Source: a virus
Taxonomy: Duplodnaviria > Caudoviricetes
Direction: 5' to 3' (one strand)
DNA: 64,000 nt
Virus record (IMG/VR): IMGVR_UViG_3300047272_000250
Coordinates: 32,001-96,000 of that record
The notes under the pieces were generated by a model. That model was given only the letters and a program-made list of their open reading frames with translations. It was not told where the DNA came from and did no database searches. Positions 20,507 through 31,252 of this stretch are shown piece after piece; position 1 is the first letter of the stretch; the number at the start of each line of letters is the position of its first letter. The position numbers were made by a program, and so were the translations under genes.

Positions 20507-22098
20507 CTAGAAAGTAATTGTTCCAGTTCCCGCTGTAAATCGATAAACTCTATATCCAGAGCGAGTTGGAGTGTCGTATGTTAATGTTCCAGGAATACTT
20601 GATATTGCTGGCATTGTATCTGGATATGCAACAATTACTACTCCAGAGCCTCCAGTACCACCTGGTCCAGCATCTCTAGAGCCTCCGCCACCGCCACCAG
20701 TGTTTGCAGCTCCATTTTGTGCATACTGAGTTGTACTTATTCCACTTCTATTATCATATCCAGCACCGCCGCCGCCTTGTCCACCTTGGCCATGTCCAGC
20801 ACTGCCGTCACCACAGCCACCACCGCCTCCTGCATAATAAGTTGCAGTTCCAGTAATAGAATATTGTTTTCCTATTCCACCATTTCCTCCAACGCTTGGT
20901 GTTGCATTAGCTCCTGCTCCGCCTGCGCCTCCACCACCGCCGCCTGCCCAGCTGCCTTGATATCCAGTTCCTCCTGTAAATCCAAATCCTGTTGCGTCAG
21001 ATGGAGATGTTTGAGTTGATACACCTGCTGCACCATTAGATTCTGCAGCTCCTCCGCCTCCACCAGATCCTCCAGGTCTGCCAGTTTGTGTAGTATATCC
21101 ATCAGCTCCAGATGCTGGGTTATTACTGCCATGGCCACCGCCTCCACCACCACCAAGTGCCAATAGTGTTCCAAATACTGAGTTAGAGCCATAGCTTCCA
21201 GGTCTTGATCCACTTTGCTGTGTTGGTCCTCCTGCTCCTCCAGAGCCTACAGTAATTGTTTTAGTAGAAGATAGTGTAATTGGATATGATGCAGAATATA
21301 CCAATCCTCCTGCTCCTCCGCCACCACCAACTTGTGAACCACCGCCGCCACCGCCTGCTACTACAAGGACTTCAATATTAGTAATGTTAGCTGTTAAGCT
21401 AAATGTTCTTGGCACAGTATTTGCACCATCTGTTGCATTTACTGTAAAAGTATATGTTGTATTTGTCGTGATATCTGGCAAAGTTCCTGAAATTACTCCA
21501 GAGCTAGAATTTAAAGTAACTCCAGAAGGGAGGCTTGATCCGTTAGCCAATGCATATGTTATAGTGCTAGATTCTGGATCTGTTGCAGAAAGAGCAGATA
21601 AAGTTATGCTTAGTTGTTCATTAAATGTACCAAGGCTTCCTGCTGGTGTCTGCCAAATTGGGCTCTGATTAATATAAAGTGCATCTGGGAGTAATCCAAA
21701 AAGATTAGACGTATTTGTAACCTTAATGTCATAAGGCTCGTATGCTGCAGATAGACCTGAAAACGTTGTAGTAATAGATACGATAGAGTTTACAGTTGTT
21801 GAATTAGCATTTACCTCTACGCCATTTGTTCCAATTGCTGAAGCAATTGCCCCTGTTGAAAAATTTGTTCCTGTAATATCTAGAGTAGCTGAGCCTACTG
21901 ATTCAAGATAGTTACCAGATACTGAAACTACACCAGGTGTCTCAGATACAATATTCTGCCAACCAGTATTTGTATAAAGTTCTAGACGCTTTTCTTCTCC
22001 ATTTGAATACAGCTTACCTATACCTGCATTAGCTGGACGACCAGCATTATTACCATATGGAATTCCTCCACCAGTAATATCTGAGAATTTAATTGTCA
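20507..22098 (-). CDS. Ig-like arm plus glycine-rich domain virion protein
   Basis: IPT/TIG-like and putative Ig domains (SATDPE..ITY..LPSGVTLNSSSGVISGT); C-terminal EVLVVAGGGGGG...GGSGVVIVAY domain; likely start MTIKFSD. Confidence 0.8.
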
Positions 22099-22488
22099 TC
22101 CTAGTCTCCATCCAAGAGTCGGACCAGTATATATTAATACCGCCGCTGCTTTATCTACGTCAATTATAGCATTTTCTGCTACCCCGTTAATATTTTTATT
22201 ATTACGGTTAATTATAATGTTATGTGTTCCCGCCGTTCCAGATGCATCAAACAACTGAACCTCGTCTCCTAGAGACGGGTTAGCAGGAAGTGTAATAGTT
22301 CTTTCAGATGAAGTGTCTACAAAGTAACGATATCCTGGTTGAGCAGTTATATCAGAAGATACAGATGCTGAAACTTCTTTTTTGCGCTGAATAAGGTCTG
22401 CCTGTGTTACATAATCTGGCGGGATAGCAGCCATTATGCCTACATTTACCCACTCAGTTCCGCTCCATACCTTAATTGTTTTAGCCAT
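22096..22488 (-). CDS. Small fibre/decoration protein
   Basis: YFVDTS...TITLPANPSLGDEVQLFDASG...GW domain, also found at the C-terminus of 26416..28272. Confidence 0.7.
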   Translation of the reverse strand: MAKTIKVWSGTEWVNVGIMAAIPPDYVTQADLIQRKKEVSASVSSDITAQPGYRYFVDTSSERTITLPANPSLGDEVQLFDASGTAGTHNIIINRNNKNINGVAENAIIDVDKAAAVLIYTGPTLGWRLG

Positions 22489-22684
22489 TTATAGCACCCC
22501 ACTTATTCATTGGACACGAGGAGTAGTCTACTAAAATCTTTGAGTTCATGTTGCAACCACACAAAACACATATATTTTCGTTAAGCTTATCGCAACCATT
22601 GCAGAATTCTGCTCTTTTTATAATTACATCTTCTCCTACAAAGCCAATCTCTCCTACATGGCTAGTATCTAAATTATTTAACAT
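22481..22684 (-). CDS. Small Cys-rich protein (DUF6171-like)
   Basis: R...CxxC...CxxCGC...K.......CP..KW pattern. Confidence 0.6.
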   Translation of the reverse strand: MLNNLDTSHVGEIGFVGEDVIIKRAEFCNGCDKLNENICVLCGCNMNSKILVDYSSCPMNKWGAING

Positions 22685-24563
22685 ATATTGAAAACGCCTC
22701 CGTTGAAGAATCTCCCCATTTTATTTCCCCATCACTTTGCTTTGAGTTAATTCCAGACATAAAGTGTAAATTTGTCCCAACATAATTAGGATAGAATCCC
22801 CAACATATAGGAGAGCCTAAGCCAGTTGGGAAAGCACTTGCTACGTTTGTATAGTTATGGTCTGAAATCCATTGGAAGTTTCCGCTTCCATGGGTACATC
22901 TACCTTGTGGGTCATTACTGTATGTGCAATAAAAACTATATGTTCCGTTATTATGTGGGTCTACAGACAAGGTGTAGTTTAGGGTAGGATCTAGGTCGGT
23001 ACCCCATGCTGGTAGTGAAGATGTATATGTAAGCTTTCCAGTTCCTCCGCCATAGGCAAACAATGAGTCTCCAGCAGTACCATTTCCATAAACTCTTTGA
23101 ATTCCACAAGCTGAATTATTTGGAACTGCAAAATTTGTACCCCATTGAGTCCATGTTGTTCCATTATCACTATAATAAATTCCTGCAGCTCCAGTTCGTG
23201 AGCCGCCATTATATACAGAGTAGAAGTATGAACCTACTACAGTTTTTGGTGTTACAAAGTCATATGTGTACTCTGTTCCAGTTCCTGGGATAGATCCGCT
23301 ATCCGAACAGTTATCTGTAGTAAAATTAATAATATCTTGATCTGTTGTTGTTCCAGCTAACATAAGACCAATACGTGATGCACGAGGATAATGTGTTGAT
23401 CCGTTTTCTACACGATACTTCCAATATCTATGAGGTGATGACGCATTTCCATTATTTGCTTTCATCAGAATACTATTTGTTGTTTGAAGTGCTGTTATAT
23501 CTGCAGTTCTTAACTTACCAGGGGCCAAGTTATTTTCTGCTTCTATCCAGGCTCCATTTTCGTTAATAGAGCTAGCTGTAGACATTGAAGTATTGTTGTT
23601 ATAAGAAAGAGCTTTAACCCATCCTCCGCCATCTCTACTATTTATTACGTAGGCCTGGAAAGCATAAGAACCAGTTGGATTCAACCAGAATATTCCATCA
23701 GTTGTTATTCCAAGATTGCGTATGGCTGTTCCGCTTGCAGCAGCTCTTGCTTGACTTGATCCATCAGCTAGCAACCTTGATACATTAAAAGACCTAGATG
23801 AAGTATTTAATCCATCTGATGCTGTAACATTAAAGTTATACGTTGTATCTGATGAAATAGATGGAAACGTACCCGTAATGCTTCCAGTTGAAGAGTTTAA
23901 CGACATCCATGGCAGTAAATCTGTTGATGAATATATCACCTGGGTTCCATCTGGGTCTGTTGCGGAAACAGAAGTAGATAAGCTAGATACGTTGGTTGAT
24001 GTAGTAAGAATATTTCCACTTGCAGTATTCCAGTTAGGATTTCCTCCAGCATCTAAGCAATTTTCTAAAATACTAAACTGGCCGTCATTATTAATAACCT
24101 TAACATCATAAGGTTCGTATGCTACTGGAAGATTTGGCGTAGTTGCAGATATTCCAGTCGAAGAAACATACGTTACTACCTGCGCTTCTCTTTCGACTAA
24201 ATCTGTTCCAATGAATCTTACAACTGGACCAGTTTTAAAAGATGCCCCAACAATATTAACTGTAGTTCCAGCAACTGGAGCTGATGAAGGATTAATAGAA
24301 GCAACTTCTGGAGCAGGATCTTGAGACACCTTTTCCCATCCAGCTATTCTATATCCAATCAAAGCATTCAATGTTGTATCAAAGTATATGTCACCTATTG
24401 ATGGTGATGAAGGCCTATTTGCTGTTGTTCCTCTACCTACATGTCCGTTTGCTGCAGTCGCATGTGTTGAAACTGCAGCGGACACAGCAGCGGTAACCTC
24501 AGTATCAGTAGCAATAGCTGTGTTTGCTGATAGTATATTTGCTATATCTCTGGCTTTAGACAT
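22674..24563 (-). CDS. Ig-like arm protein with fibrinogen-/discoidin-like tip
   Basis: Same N-terminal and Ig modules as 20507; TDGIFWL...FQAYV....DGGGW (fibrinogen-like) and HRYWKY..IYYSDNGTTW (F5/8-like). Confidence 0.75.
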   Translation of the reverse strand: MSKARDIANILSANTAIATDTEVTAAVSAAVSTHATAANGHVGRGTTANRPSSPSIGDIYFDTTLNALIGYRIAGWEKVSQDPAPEVASINPSSAPVAGTTVNIVGASFKTGPVVRFIGTDLVEREAQVVTYVSSTGISATTPNLPVAYEPYDVKVINNDGQFSILENCLDAGGNPNWNTASGNILTTSTNVSSLSTSVSATDPDGTQVIYSSTDLLPWMSLNSSTGSITGTFPSISSDTTYNFNVTASDGLNTSSRSFNVSRLLADGSSQARAAASGTAIRNLGITTDGIFWLNPTGSYAFQAYVINSRDGGGWVKALSYNNNTSMSTASSINENGAWIEAENNLAPGKLRTADITALQTTNSILMKANNGNASSPHRYWKYRVENGSTHYPRASRIGLMLAGTTTDQDIINFTTDNCSDSGSIPGTGTEYTYDFVTPKTVVGSYFYSVYNGGSRTGAAGIYYSDNGTTWTQWGTNFAVPNNSACGIQRVYGNGTAGDSLFAYGGGTGKLTYTSSLPAWGTDLDPTLNYTLSVDPHNNGTYSFYCTYSNDPQGRCTHGSGNFQWISDHNYTNVASAFPTGLGSPICWGFYPNYVGTNLHFMSGINSKQSDGEIKWGDSSTEAFSIYVK

Positions 24564-26416
24564 TACTTAATCCACATCCAAAGGTTTGTGTCGCTTCCCA
24601 AAGTTCCTGTTTGAGCATTCATATTGTAGGTTGCAGAGTCTCCGTAGACTTTACAGTTTGGCTCTGCTCCAATTGCTGAATTGTCGTCTGCTCCAAATTT
24701 AGTTTGTGCTTCATTACAGTCTTGTCCTGCACCTGTCGAAGAAGATCCCTGTGGAAGAATTGCAATTGATCCGTCGCCTGCAGCATTCCATCCAATTCCT
24801 GTTGCTGTACCATTGAGTCCATTCCACCAGTCACCCTGAATACCTTGTTTTGGTGCAGATCCACCATCGGAAAGGTTATTCCAAACTTGATTTACTTGGT
24901 AAGAGTACTTTAAGTTATAAGAATGGCTAAATTGCTTCATAGATTCACGGAATGTCTCAACATAAACGTTGCTCTGGTTTTTATTTACTGTTGTTGACCA
25001 GTTAATATTGTTTGAGCTATCTGTTACCCACCATTGTCTCCATGGTGTTGCAGTTGATGCATAATGGTAAAAGTCTGCGCTAGTTGCACTTGCACCAGAA
25101 CTTGATATAGAAGATGAAACTTGAAATCTAACAAATTTTGTATCCATAGTTCCAAAGTTTGCGCTAAAACAATTTCTAGGAGTAGTTCCATCAAAGACGC
25201 CTCCGTCAGTTGTAGCCTGGATTGACCATCTAGATGCCTGGCTCCATGAGCCAACCAACATCCAGCCAGCCTTTCCAGTAGTTGGATCTACTGTTGAAAG
25301 ATCAACGTAAACTTGCTTAGCTCCTTGACTTGTAGACACATAATAAAGACCGCTTGTTCTATATCCATAGTCCCAAAGCTCGACTCCGTTAATAGCTGGT
25401 GCTGCTTGAGTTCCAATGTTTGGAAGCATGGTAAATTCTCTATCAATAGTGTTTCCGCCTGCATCTACAGCTCTTATTGTAAATACTTTTACTTCTTTTA
25501 ATGTAGCTGTTCCAGATATAACACCAGTTTCTTGATCTAATGATAATCCAGTAGGAAGAGTTCCAGCAATGATTGAGTAGTCTATATCTGTTGACTCAGA
25601 GTCAGTTGCTAATAAAGTTGTAGAATAAGCAGAGTTAACATTATAAGATGGCAATGTTGCTGATGTTGTCCAGTTTGGTGTTGTTCCTGCTGTAACCGCA
25701 TTATTTAATATATGTAAAGATGATCCTGTTGGTCTAGTAATTCCTGGGTTTTCAACGATAACCTTGTAGCTGCCTAATGTTGTTGGAAAATTATCTGGTC
25801 TAGTTACTATAAGAGAACTGGAAGAAGATCTTACTACTGATTTAGCAGCTCTTTCAACATTATCAGAACCCATAAAGTATACTGCTACGTTTGAGGCAAA
25901 ATTTCCTCCAGATACTACAGTAGTATCGTCAATAGAGTTTAATGCTGTTGGTGTTACTGATGTAACAAAGGCTCCAGCAGTAATTTCTGCAGTTGTATTG
26001 GCTGCAGTAAATGTTGTTTTATAGCTAAAGGAAAGTAGATCTCCTTGAGTTCCGCCAACAATTACTATTTTATTAAAATTTCCTGTTGCGTTTAGGGATG
26101 GAGACTTAGTATATCCAACATTTTGACCAGCTGTATTGTATACATATATGTCATATGTTGCATCACCTAGAGATGAATTGATTGTATATGCACCTTCAAA
26201 ATATTCCTTTGTAAATGTAGCAGTTGTTATTGTTCCGCTAAGTGTTACGTTAAAGTCGTTTGCACCTGTTGCTGGAAGCCATCCAGATGCCGTATAAATT
26301 TCTTGTACACCCAGTGTACCATTATAAAAGGTTTGACCAATTTGTGGGCTTGCTGGTCTCTCTGAGGTTGGTCCAAAAGGTACTCCACCTAAACCAGATG
26401 TTCTAATATCTCCCAT
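24563..26416 (-). CDS. Ig-like arm protein with fibrinogen-like tip
   Basis: Same modules; SGLYYV...QVYVDL....GWMLVG; likely start MGDIRTSG. Confidence 0.75.
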   Translation of the reverse strand: MGDIRTSGLGGVPFGPTSERPASPQIGQTFYNGTLGVQEIYTASGWLPATGANDFNVTLSGTITTATFTKEYFEGAYTINSSLGDATYDIYVYNTAGQNVGYTKSPSLNATGNFNKIVIVGGTQGDLLSFSYKTTFTAANTTAEITAGAFVTSVTPTALNSIDDTTVVSGGNFASNVAVYFMGSDNVERAAKSVVRSSSSSLIVTRPDNFPTTLGSYKVIVENPGITRPTGSSLHILNNAVTAGTTPNWTTSATLPSYNVNSAYSTTLLATDSESTDIDYSIIAGTLPTGLSLDQETGVISGTATLKEVKVFTIRAVDAGGNTIDREFTMLPNIGTQAAPAINGVELWDYGYRTSGLYYVSTSQGAKQVYVDLSTVDPTTGKAGWMLVGSWSQASRWSIQATTDGGVFDGTTPRNCFSANFGTMDTKFVRFQVSSSISSSGASATSADFYHYASTATPWRQWWVTDSSNNINWSTTVNKNQSNVYVETFRESMKQFSHSYNLKYSYQVNQVWNNLSDGGSAPKQGIQGDWWNGLNGTATGIGWNAAGDGSIAILPQGSSSTGAGQDCNEAQTKFGADDNSAIGAEPNCKVYGDSATYNMNAQTGTLGSDTNLWMWIK

Positions 26417-28272
26417 TATCCAACCTTCCATCCATAAGTAGCTCCAGTATAAAGTAATGTATACCAGCCACCGTTATTGTCAATTATTAAATTGCCAGTC
26501 CCGCCATTTATTTTATTGCCGTTTCTAGCCACAGTTATATTATACGTTGAAGCATTGCCTGAAGCATCTACTAGCTGAATTTCATCATTAAGCGCAGGTG
26601 TTGCAGGAAGTGTAAGTGTAAGCGCAGAAGCTGATGTAACAAAATATCTTTTCTTGGCTACTAGGTTAGTATTAGCAGATATTGATAATGGGGCTACTGA
26701 AGTATTAGCTGCAAGAAGTGCATCTGTCTCTGCCTGTGTATATGTATCTACTGAATTAAAATTAGTTACTGTGATTACATCTATGATGTCCCCCGCCGCT
26801 GCATCTGCAGCCAATACGACTGTGTGCTCTGTAGGGGTTGTGTAGTCTGTAGTGCGAAGTAAAAGAATGCCATTCATAAATACTTGCTCGTATCCAGGAA
26901 TGAACTGCACGTCTACTGTAAAAGTGTCTTGTTCTGCTACAGCTGTGAATGTCTGGCGACGAATGATATTCTTATCAAATACGTCTACCTCATCGTCTGA
27001 ATCAATCCAGATCTGCCCTACTTCTGGAGATGTTGGAGCAGTTGTTTGATAGAGAGCACCTGGTTGTGTAGATGCATCAATCTGATCAATAACGAAAGCT
27101 GTTGTAGCAATCTGTGTGCTATCTGTTCCTACCGCCGCTGTAGGGGCTGTAGGTGTGCCTGTAAGGGCGGGAGAAGCTAGAGGAGCCTTTGTCCCTAAAG
27201 CAGTAGTTACTGTAGCTGCAAATGAAGCATCATCATTAATAGCCGCTGCTAATTCATTTAAAGTATCTAGTGTTGCTGGAGCAGCATCTACAATTGCAGC
27301 AGCAGCTGCTGAAGCAGCATTATCTGCATAAGTCTTTGTAGCAAGCAAAGAAGTATCTGCTATACCGTGAATATTAGTTGTATCTGAATCGTGTGCTGTT
27401 AAATTAGTTTGGACTGCCGCCGCAGATCCTGCGGGATCAAACAAGTTATCAATTGTCTGATTAGACCATTGCCCAGTAGTAGAGTTATATCTAATTACTT
27501 GGTTGTTCTGCTTATTAGAAATAGCAACATCGTGAAGCTCATCTAATTCAAACCCGTTTTGAACCTTAACAAAGATAGATCCTGTATTTTGCTGTACTCT
27601 ACCAACTATACCAAGAAATACTAAGTGGTTTGGGGCTGCTGGCTTATTGGTTAGCCCGAAAATTAATTGTCCTGGAGTTGATCCTAGCCATACTGGATCT
27701 CCTGGTTGTGCTGTAGAGGTATCTAGTCCTTCTAGAAGACCCTCTGTTACTACCGTTCCAATTGCACCATTTGCGACGGTATCTTCCATAATTCCAAATG
27801 TCTTAGATGATGTTGACTCTGTTGTATTTGAAGAAAGAGAGACTCTTAGTTGTCCAGAAGCTCCAACTGCTCCAGATGCATATACTGCTTGACCCTTGTT
27901 TAAGGTTGCTCCAGTATTATTTACAACTTCCTGAGAGATCTTATTGGCTGTCCCGCCAAGACCTGTGAGTATTACCTGATTTGATACATCATCGTATACT
28001 GCTGTAAGGTTAACGTGGTTAGCATGGGTAAATAAAGATGCTGAAGCATCCTGAGCCATCTCATTTGTATAAGTAGGATTTACCTCAAGCTGGGAAACAC
28101 GGTAGTCTAAAGATGTAGTATTAGCAGAGCTATTAATTCCAACCTTAGCCTCTAGCGCTTCAATAGCGTCATTCGCATTAGCATGTTGCTGGGAATGCGA
28201 TGGAGCGTCGGTGGGATCAGTACTGGCGGGATTCGTCAGATTGTCCAGGGAATTAGGGAAATTAGTAGCCAT
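26416..28272 (-). CDS. Tail fibre-like protein
   Basis: MATNFPNSLD start; HDSDTTNIHGIADTS, APATLDTLNELAAAI and SPALTGTPTAPTA fibre motifs. Confidence 0.8.
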   Translation of the reverse strand: MATNFPNSLDNLTNPASTDPTDAPSHSQQHANANDAIEALEAKVGINSSANTTSLDYRVSQLEVNPTYTNEMAQDASASLFTHANHVNLTAVYDDVSNQVILTGLGGTANKISQEVVNNTGATLNKGQAVYASGAVGASGQLRVSLSSNTTESTSSKTFGIMEDTVANGAIGTVVTEGLLEGLDTSTAQPGDPVWLGSTPGQLIFGLTNKPAAPNHLVFLGIVGRVQQNTGSIFVKVQNGFELDELHDVAISNKQNNQVIRYNSTTGQWSNQTIDNLFDPAGSAAAVQTNLTAHDSDTTNIHGIADTSLLATKTYADNAASAAAAAIVDAAPATLDTLNELAAAINDDASFAATVTTALGTKAPLASPALTGTPTAPTAAVGTDSTQIATTAFVIDQIDASTQPGALYQTTAPTSPEVGQIWIDSDDEVDVFDKNIIRRQTFTAVAEQDTFTVDVQFIPGYEQVFMNGILLLRTTDYTTPTEHTVVLAADAAAGDIIDVITVTNFNSVDTYTQAETDALLAANTSVAPLSISANTNLVAKKRYFVTSASALTLTLPATPALNDEIQLVDASGNASTYNITVARNGNKINGGTGNLIIDNNGGWYTLLYTGATYGWKVG

Positions 28273-28299
28273 ACTTCCTCAATTATACCTCAGATTCTG

Positions 28300-29010
28300 T
28301 TATTTATAGCTCTTCTTATTCCAGAACATATTCTTATAAGCCTCAAAAAATACAGATCTGACCGAATTTGAGCTCTTTAATGAATCTTTTGGATCATCAT
28401 TTATAGACATTTTCCAGTCTTCTCTTTTGAACGGGATTACCTGTGCTATCGGTGTTCCTGCTGGAATTATGATCTTTTCCTCTTTTGTATTAACGGTAAA
28501 GGGAAAGTTTGTTACATCATGAAATGAATCAGAATCAATAATTCCTGGGAAAATATTAATAATATTATTTCTATGCATTGGTGGTAATATCAAAGATGAG
28601 TAACCTGGTGAAGTTTTTACTGCCCAAAGATTTAATAACTTTGGCACATATGTATGCCTATTATTAACACCTGGGTGCCCAGTAACTTGACCAGCACTAT
28701 GTCCAACTATAACCTCTCCATAGTAAGGTGAGGTTACAAACTCATAAGAAATCCCATCCCATAAAATCTCTATATCGCAGTATGTCTTTAAAAGATAACC
28801 GCTAGATATGCTATCAAATACTGGCATGCATTTCTTTATGGTTGATAAGGTTTCACCTTTTCCAATGACAGCTTTATCTCCACCCATATAAGATGAGATA
28901 TTTTTATACCACTCTGGAATCTCTTTACTGGCTGGAACAGGAAAATATAAATCAGAGACTTTATCGCTTGTCTTAATAAACTCAATTTTTTTAATATTAT
29001 TTTTTTTCAT
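28300..29010 (-). CDS. Hypothetical protein, dUTPase-like fold (DUF6065-like)
   Basis: KKCMPVFD..SGY, TSPGYS, GIIDSD and IPAGTPIAQVIPFKR motifs. Confidence 0.55.
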   Translation of the reverse strand: MKKNNIKKIEFIKTSDKVSDLYFPVPASKEIPEWYKNISSYMGGDKAVIGKGETLSTIKKCMPVFDSISSGYLLKTYCDIEILWDGISYEFVTSPYYGEVIVGHSAGQVTGHPGVNNRHTYVPKLLNLWAVKTSPGYSSLILPPMHRNNIINIFPGIIDSDSFHDVTNFPFTVNTKEEKIIIPAGTPIAQVIPFKREDWKMSINDDPKDSLKSSNSVRSVFFEAYKNMFWNKKSYK

Positions 29011-29018
29011 TTTATCCC

Positions 29019-29303
29019 TTAAATAAAGTGTTTGGTAATTGCGCCAATAGCCAGAATACTCCAGCCTACGTTAAAGTAGATAATAGTAGGCAAGGTCTTG
29101 ACTGTAGAAGTAAGGATCAAGGCAATGCTGGAAACTAAGGCAAATATATAATACCACCAAAACTGGATTCCAAAAAGTAGCCCAGGAATGATAATACTGA
29201 GCTTTGTGCTAAACGCCCAAAATTCAATTATATTTGTCTTAGTCCAGTAAGACCTTTGACCTAATTGCTTCGTTACTTCTAATATCTCTTTAGGAGTCAG
29301 CAT
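29019..29303 (-). CDS. Small membrane protein
   Basis: About 3 hydrophobic helices; overlaps the halogenase stop. Confidence 0.65.
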   Translation of the reverse strand: MLTPKEILEVTKQLGQRSYWTKTNIIEFWAFSTKLSIIIPGLLFGIQFWWYYIFALVSSIALILTSTVKTLPTIIYFNVGWSILAIGAITKHFI

Positions 29304-30882
29304 TATGGATATTTTCCTTCAGCCATTGATACATAGTAGGTGAAGCATCTGCTTCTTCCTGCCAAAGTTTACGGAATATATCCCATGTCTTCCAAGTCTC
29401 TTTACAGTATTCATAATAGTCAATACCGTCATAATGTTTCCATCTTTCTACGGTATGTTTATTAACAGGGAAATAATTTAGACCTGTAGCAATACAGTGA
29501 ATTCCACCTAGCCCATCGTATCTCTGTCTATTAATATGAAGATCTGCTAGATCATTGAATCCAACAACAGTAGAAGGATCTAGGGCAGGCACCTGTGGCT
29601 GATACTCTTTTTCAGTGATAGCTCTCCAATACTCTGTATCAGTTCTATTAGAAAGAGCATAGTGCTGAGCTACAAACTCCTTGAATCCAAGATACTGTCT
29701 GCGTGTTGTAGCATTGTATGCATCTCGATCCCATTGAGTAATAGTTCCTCTGGAGAGAGTTTTTACTAGCTTGTCCAAGAACTCGTGGACTGTAAATAGA
29801 CCATTAGATTCTAGTGGTTCAATAAATCCAGCAGCAAATCCAATAGCAACCACATTCTTTACAAATGTGCGTCTATGAATTCCTACCTTAAACTTAATAT
29901 AACGATATTCATAAGAGTCTACATCACGATTTGGATCATGGATAGTCATCTTGTCTGATCTTAGATGATTCTTGAATTGCTCTAGAGCTTCTTCCTTAGA
30001 TACAAATTTATCGCTAAATACGTAACCTGTTCCAATGCGTTCCCAGGAAGGGATATTCCAGACCCAGCCATTTTCAATTGCAGTACAGTTAGTGTATGGT
30101 TCCATCTCCTTTTCCTTATCTGTATAAGGAATACGTGTAGCCCATGCGCTATTATTTGGAAGCATGTGCTCAAAGTTATCGAATGGCTCACCTAGTGCTT
30201 CTTCTAGGAGCATAGACTTAAATCCAGTACAGTCAATAAATAGATCTGCAGTTAACTTTTCTCCAGTAGTAAGAGTTACTGATTCAACCCCTGATTCGCC
30301 CGTAGAGACTTCTGTCACTGTATCTGCAACTACTTTTACTCCACGAGGAATACAGTAGTTATTCTTTATCCACTGACCAAACTTAGTAGCATCAAAATGG
30401 TATGCAACATCTTGATTAAAGTTAAAGTTACCTAGCTTTCCTGACTCATTCCAAGATAGCTTGTTTTGCTCAGCCAAAGTAAGTGCTGGGTAAAAAGTAC
30501 GAGCATAATCTGCTACGTCTAGATCTGGAAACTTAGCCTTCTTAACATACCAGTCATTAAGATCATTTACTGTTCCGTCTAGGAACACCTTGCCAAATGG
30601 ATAGTGGAATCCACCAGCATCTTTCTTATAAAAATCTGTAAACTTAATAGACATCTTATATACAGCATCTGTTGCTGGCATAAAGTCTTTTTCATCAATA
30701 CCAATCCACTTTGCCCATCCAGTAATCCCGCCTAGTGTGGATTCTCCAACACCAATAATCGGATAATCTGGTGATTCAATTACAACAATTTCCTTATCTG
30801 GAAATGCTCTAACCATAGTAGCAGCGGACATCCATCCAGCTGACCCTCCACCAACAATAACAATCTTATTTAAATTAATCAT
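29290..30882 (-). CDS. Flavin-dependent tryptophan-halogenase-family protein (PrnA-like)
   Basis: GGGSAG FAD motif, GVGEST, catalytic-Lys region AVYKMSIKF, AYHFDA, FIDCTGF, GWVWNIP (WxWxIP) and FIEPLES. Confidence 0.92.
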   Translation of the reverse strand: MINLNKIVIVGGGSAGWMSAATMVRAFPDKEIVVIESPDYPIIGVGESTLGGITGWAKWIGIDEKDFMPATDAVYKMSIKFTDFYKKDAGGFHYPFGKVFLDGTVNDLNDWYVKKAKFPDLDVADYARTFYPALTLAEQNKLSWNESGKLGNFNFNQDVAYHFDATKFGQWIKNNYCIPRGVKVVADTVTEVSTGESGVESVTLTTGEKLTADLFIDCTGFKSMLLEEALGEPFDNFEHMLPNNSAWATRIPYTDKEKEMEPYTNCTAIENGWVWNIPSWERIGTGYVFSDKFVSKEEALEQFKNHLRSDKMTIHDPNRDVDSYEYRYIKFKVGIHRRTFVKNVVAIGFAAGFIEPLESNGLFTVHEFLDKLVKTLSRGTITQWDRDAYNATTRRQYLGFKEFVAQHYALSNRTDTEYWRAITEKEYQPQVPALDPSTVVGFNDLADLHINRQRYDGLGGIHCIATGLNYFPVNKHTVERWKHYDGIDYYEYCKETWKTWDIFRKLWQEEADASPTMYQWLKENIHNADS

Positions 30883-30920
30883 ACATAACCTATTCTCTAA
30901 TAAAAAATCTCTCCATAAGT

Positions 30921-30950
30921 AGTATATACCTATTAAGAGATTCTTGTCAA
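30921..30950 (-). promoter_or_regulatory. SigA-type promoter of halogenase island
   Basis: TTGACA-N18-TATACT on the minus strand. Confidence 0.7.
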
Positions 30951-30958
30951 TCTAATAT

Positions 30959-31252
30959 TTAAATTTGTGGAACCATCTTGACCCAAGAAAGGTCAGACTC
31001 ATTCCAGAAGTATGCAAAGCCATCATTAGGCTTTTCTGATGGAGCTGCCCATACATTATCTTCTAGTGTCCAAGAAGTATATGGCTTTGGATCAATAAAT
31101 CTAGATATAGATCTATTGTATGTCCCACCAATCACTGCTTCACCAGTTGACTCTGTAGAAATAACTTCATTATCGTTCAAGGTATGATCTTCATCTATAA
31201 TTATTACATTTAATACAAGATCATTCTCATTTAAAACTGCTGCTTTTATCAT
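30959..31252 (-). CDS. Small fibre-associated protein (paralog of 35272..35625)
   Basis: V.N.I...A.IGG.Y.....F...PY.SWTL....P..KP.DG...WNE...SW pattern. Confidence 0.75.
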   Translation of the reverse strand: MIKAAVLNENDLVLNVIIIDEDHTLNDNEVISTESTGEAVIGGTYNRSISRFIDPKPYTSWTLEDNVWAAPSEKPNDGFAYFWNESDLSWVKMVPQI

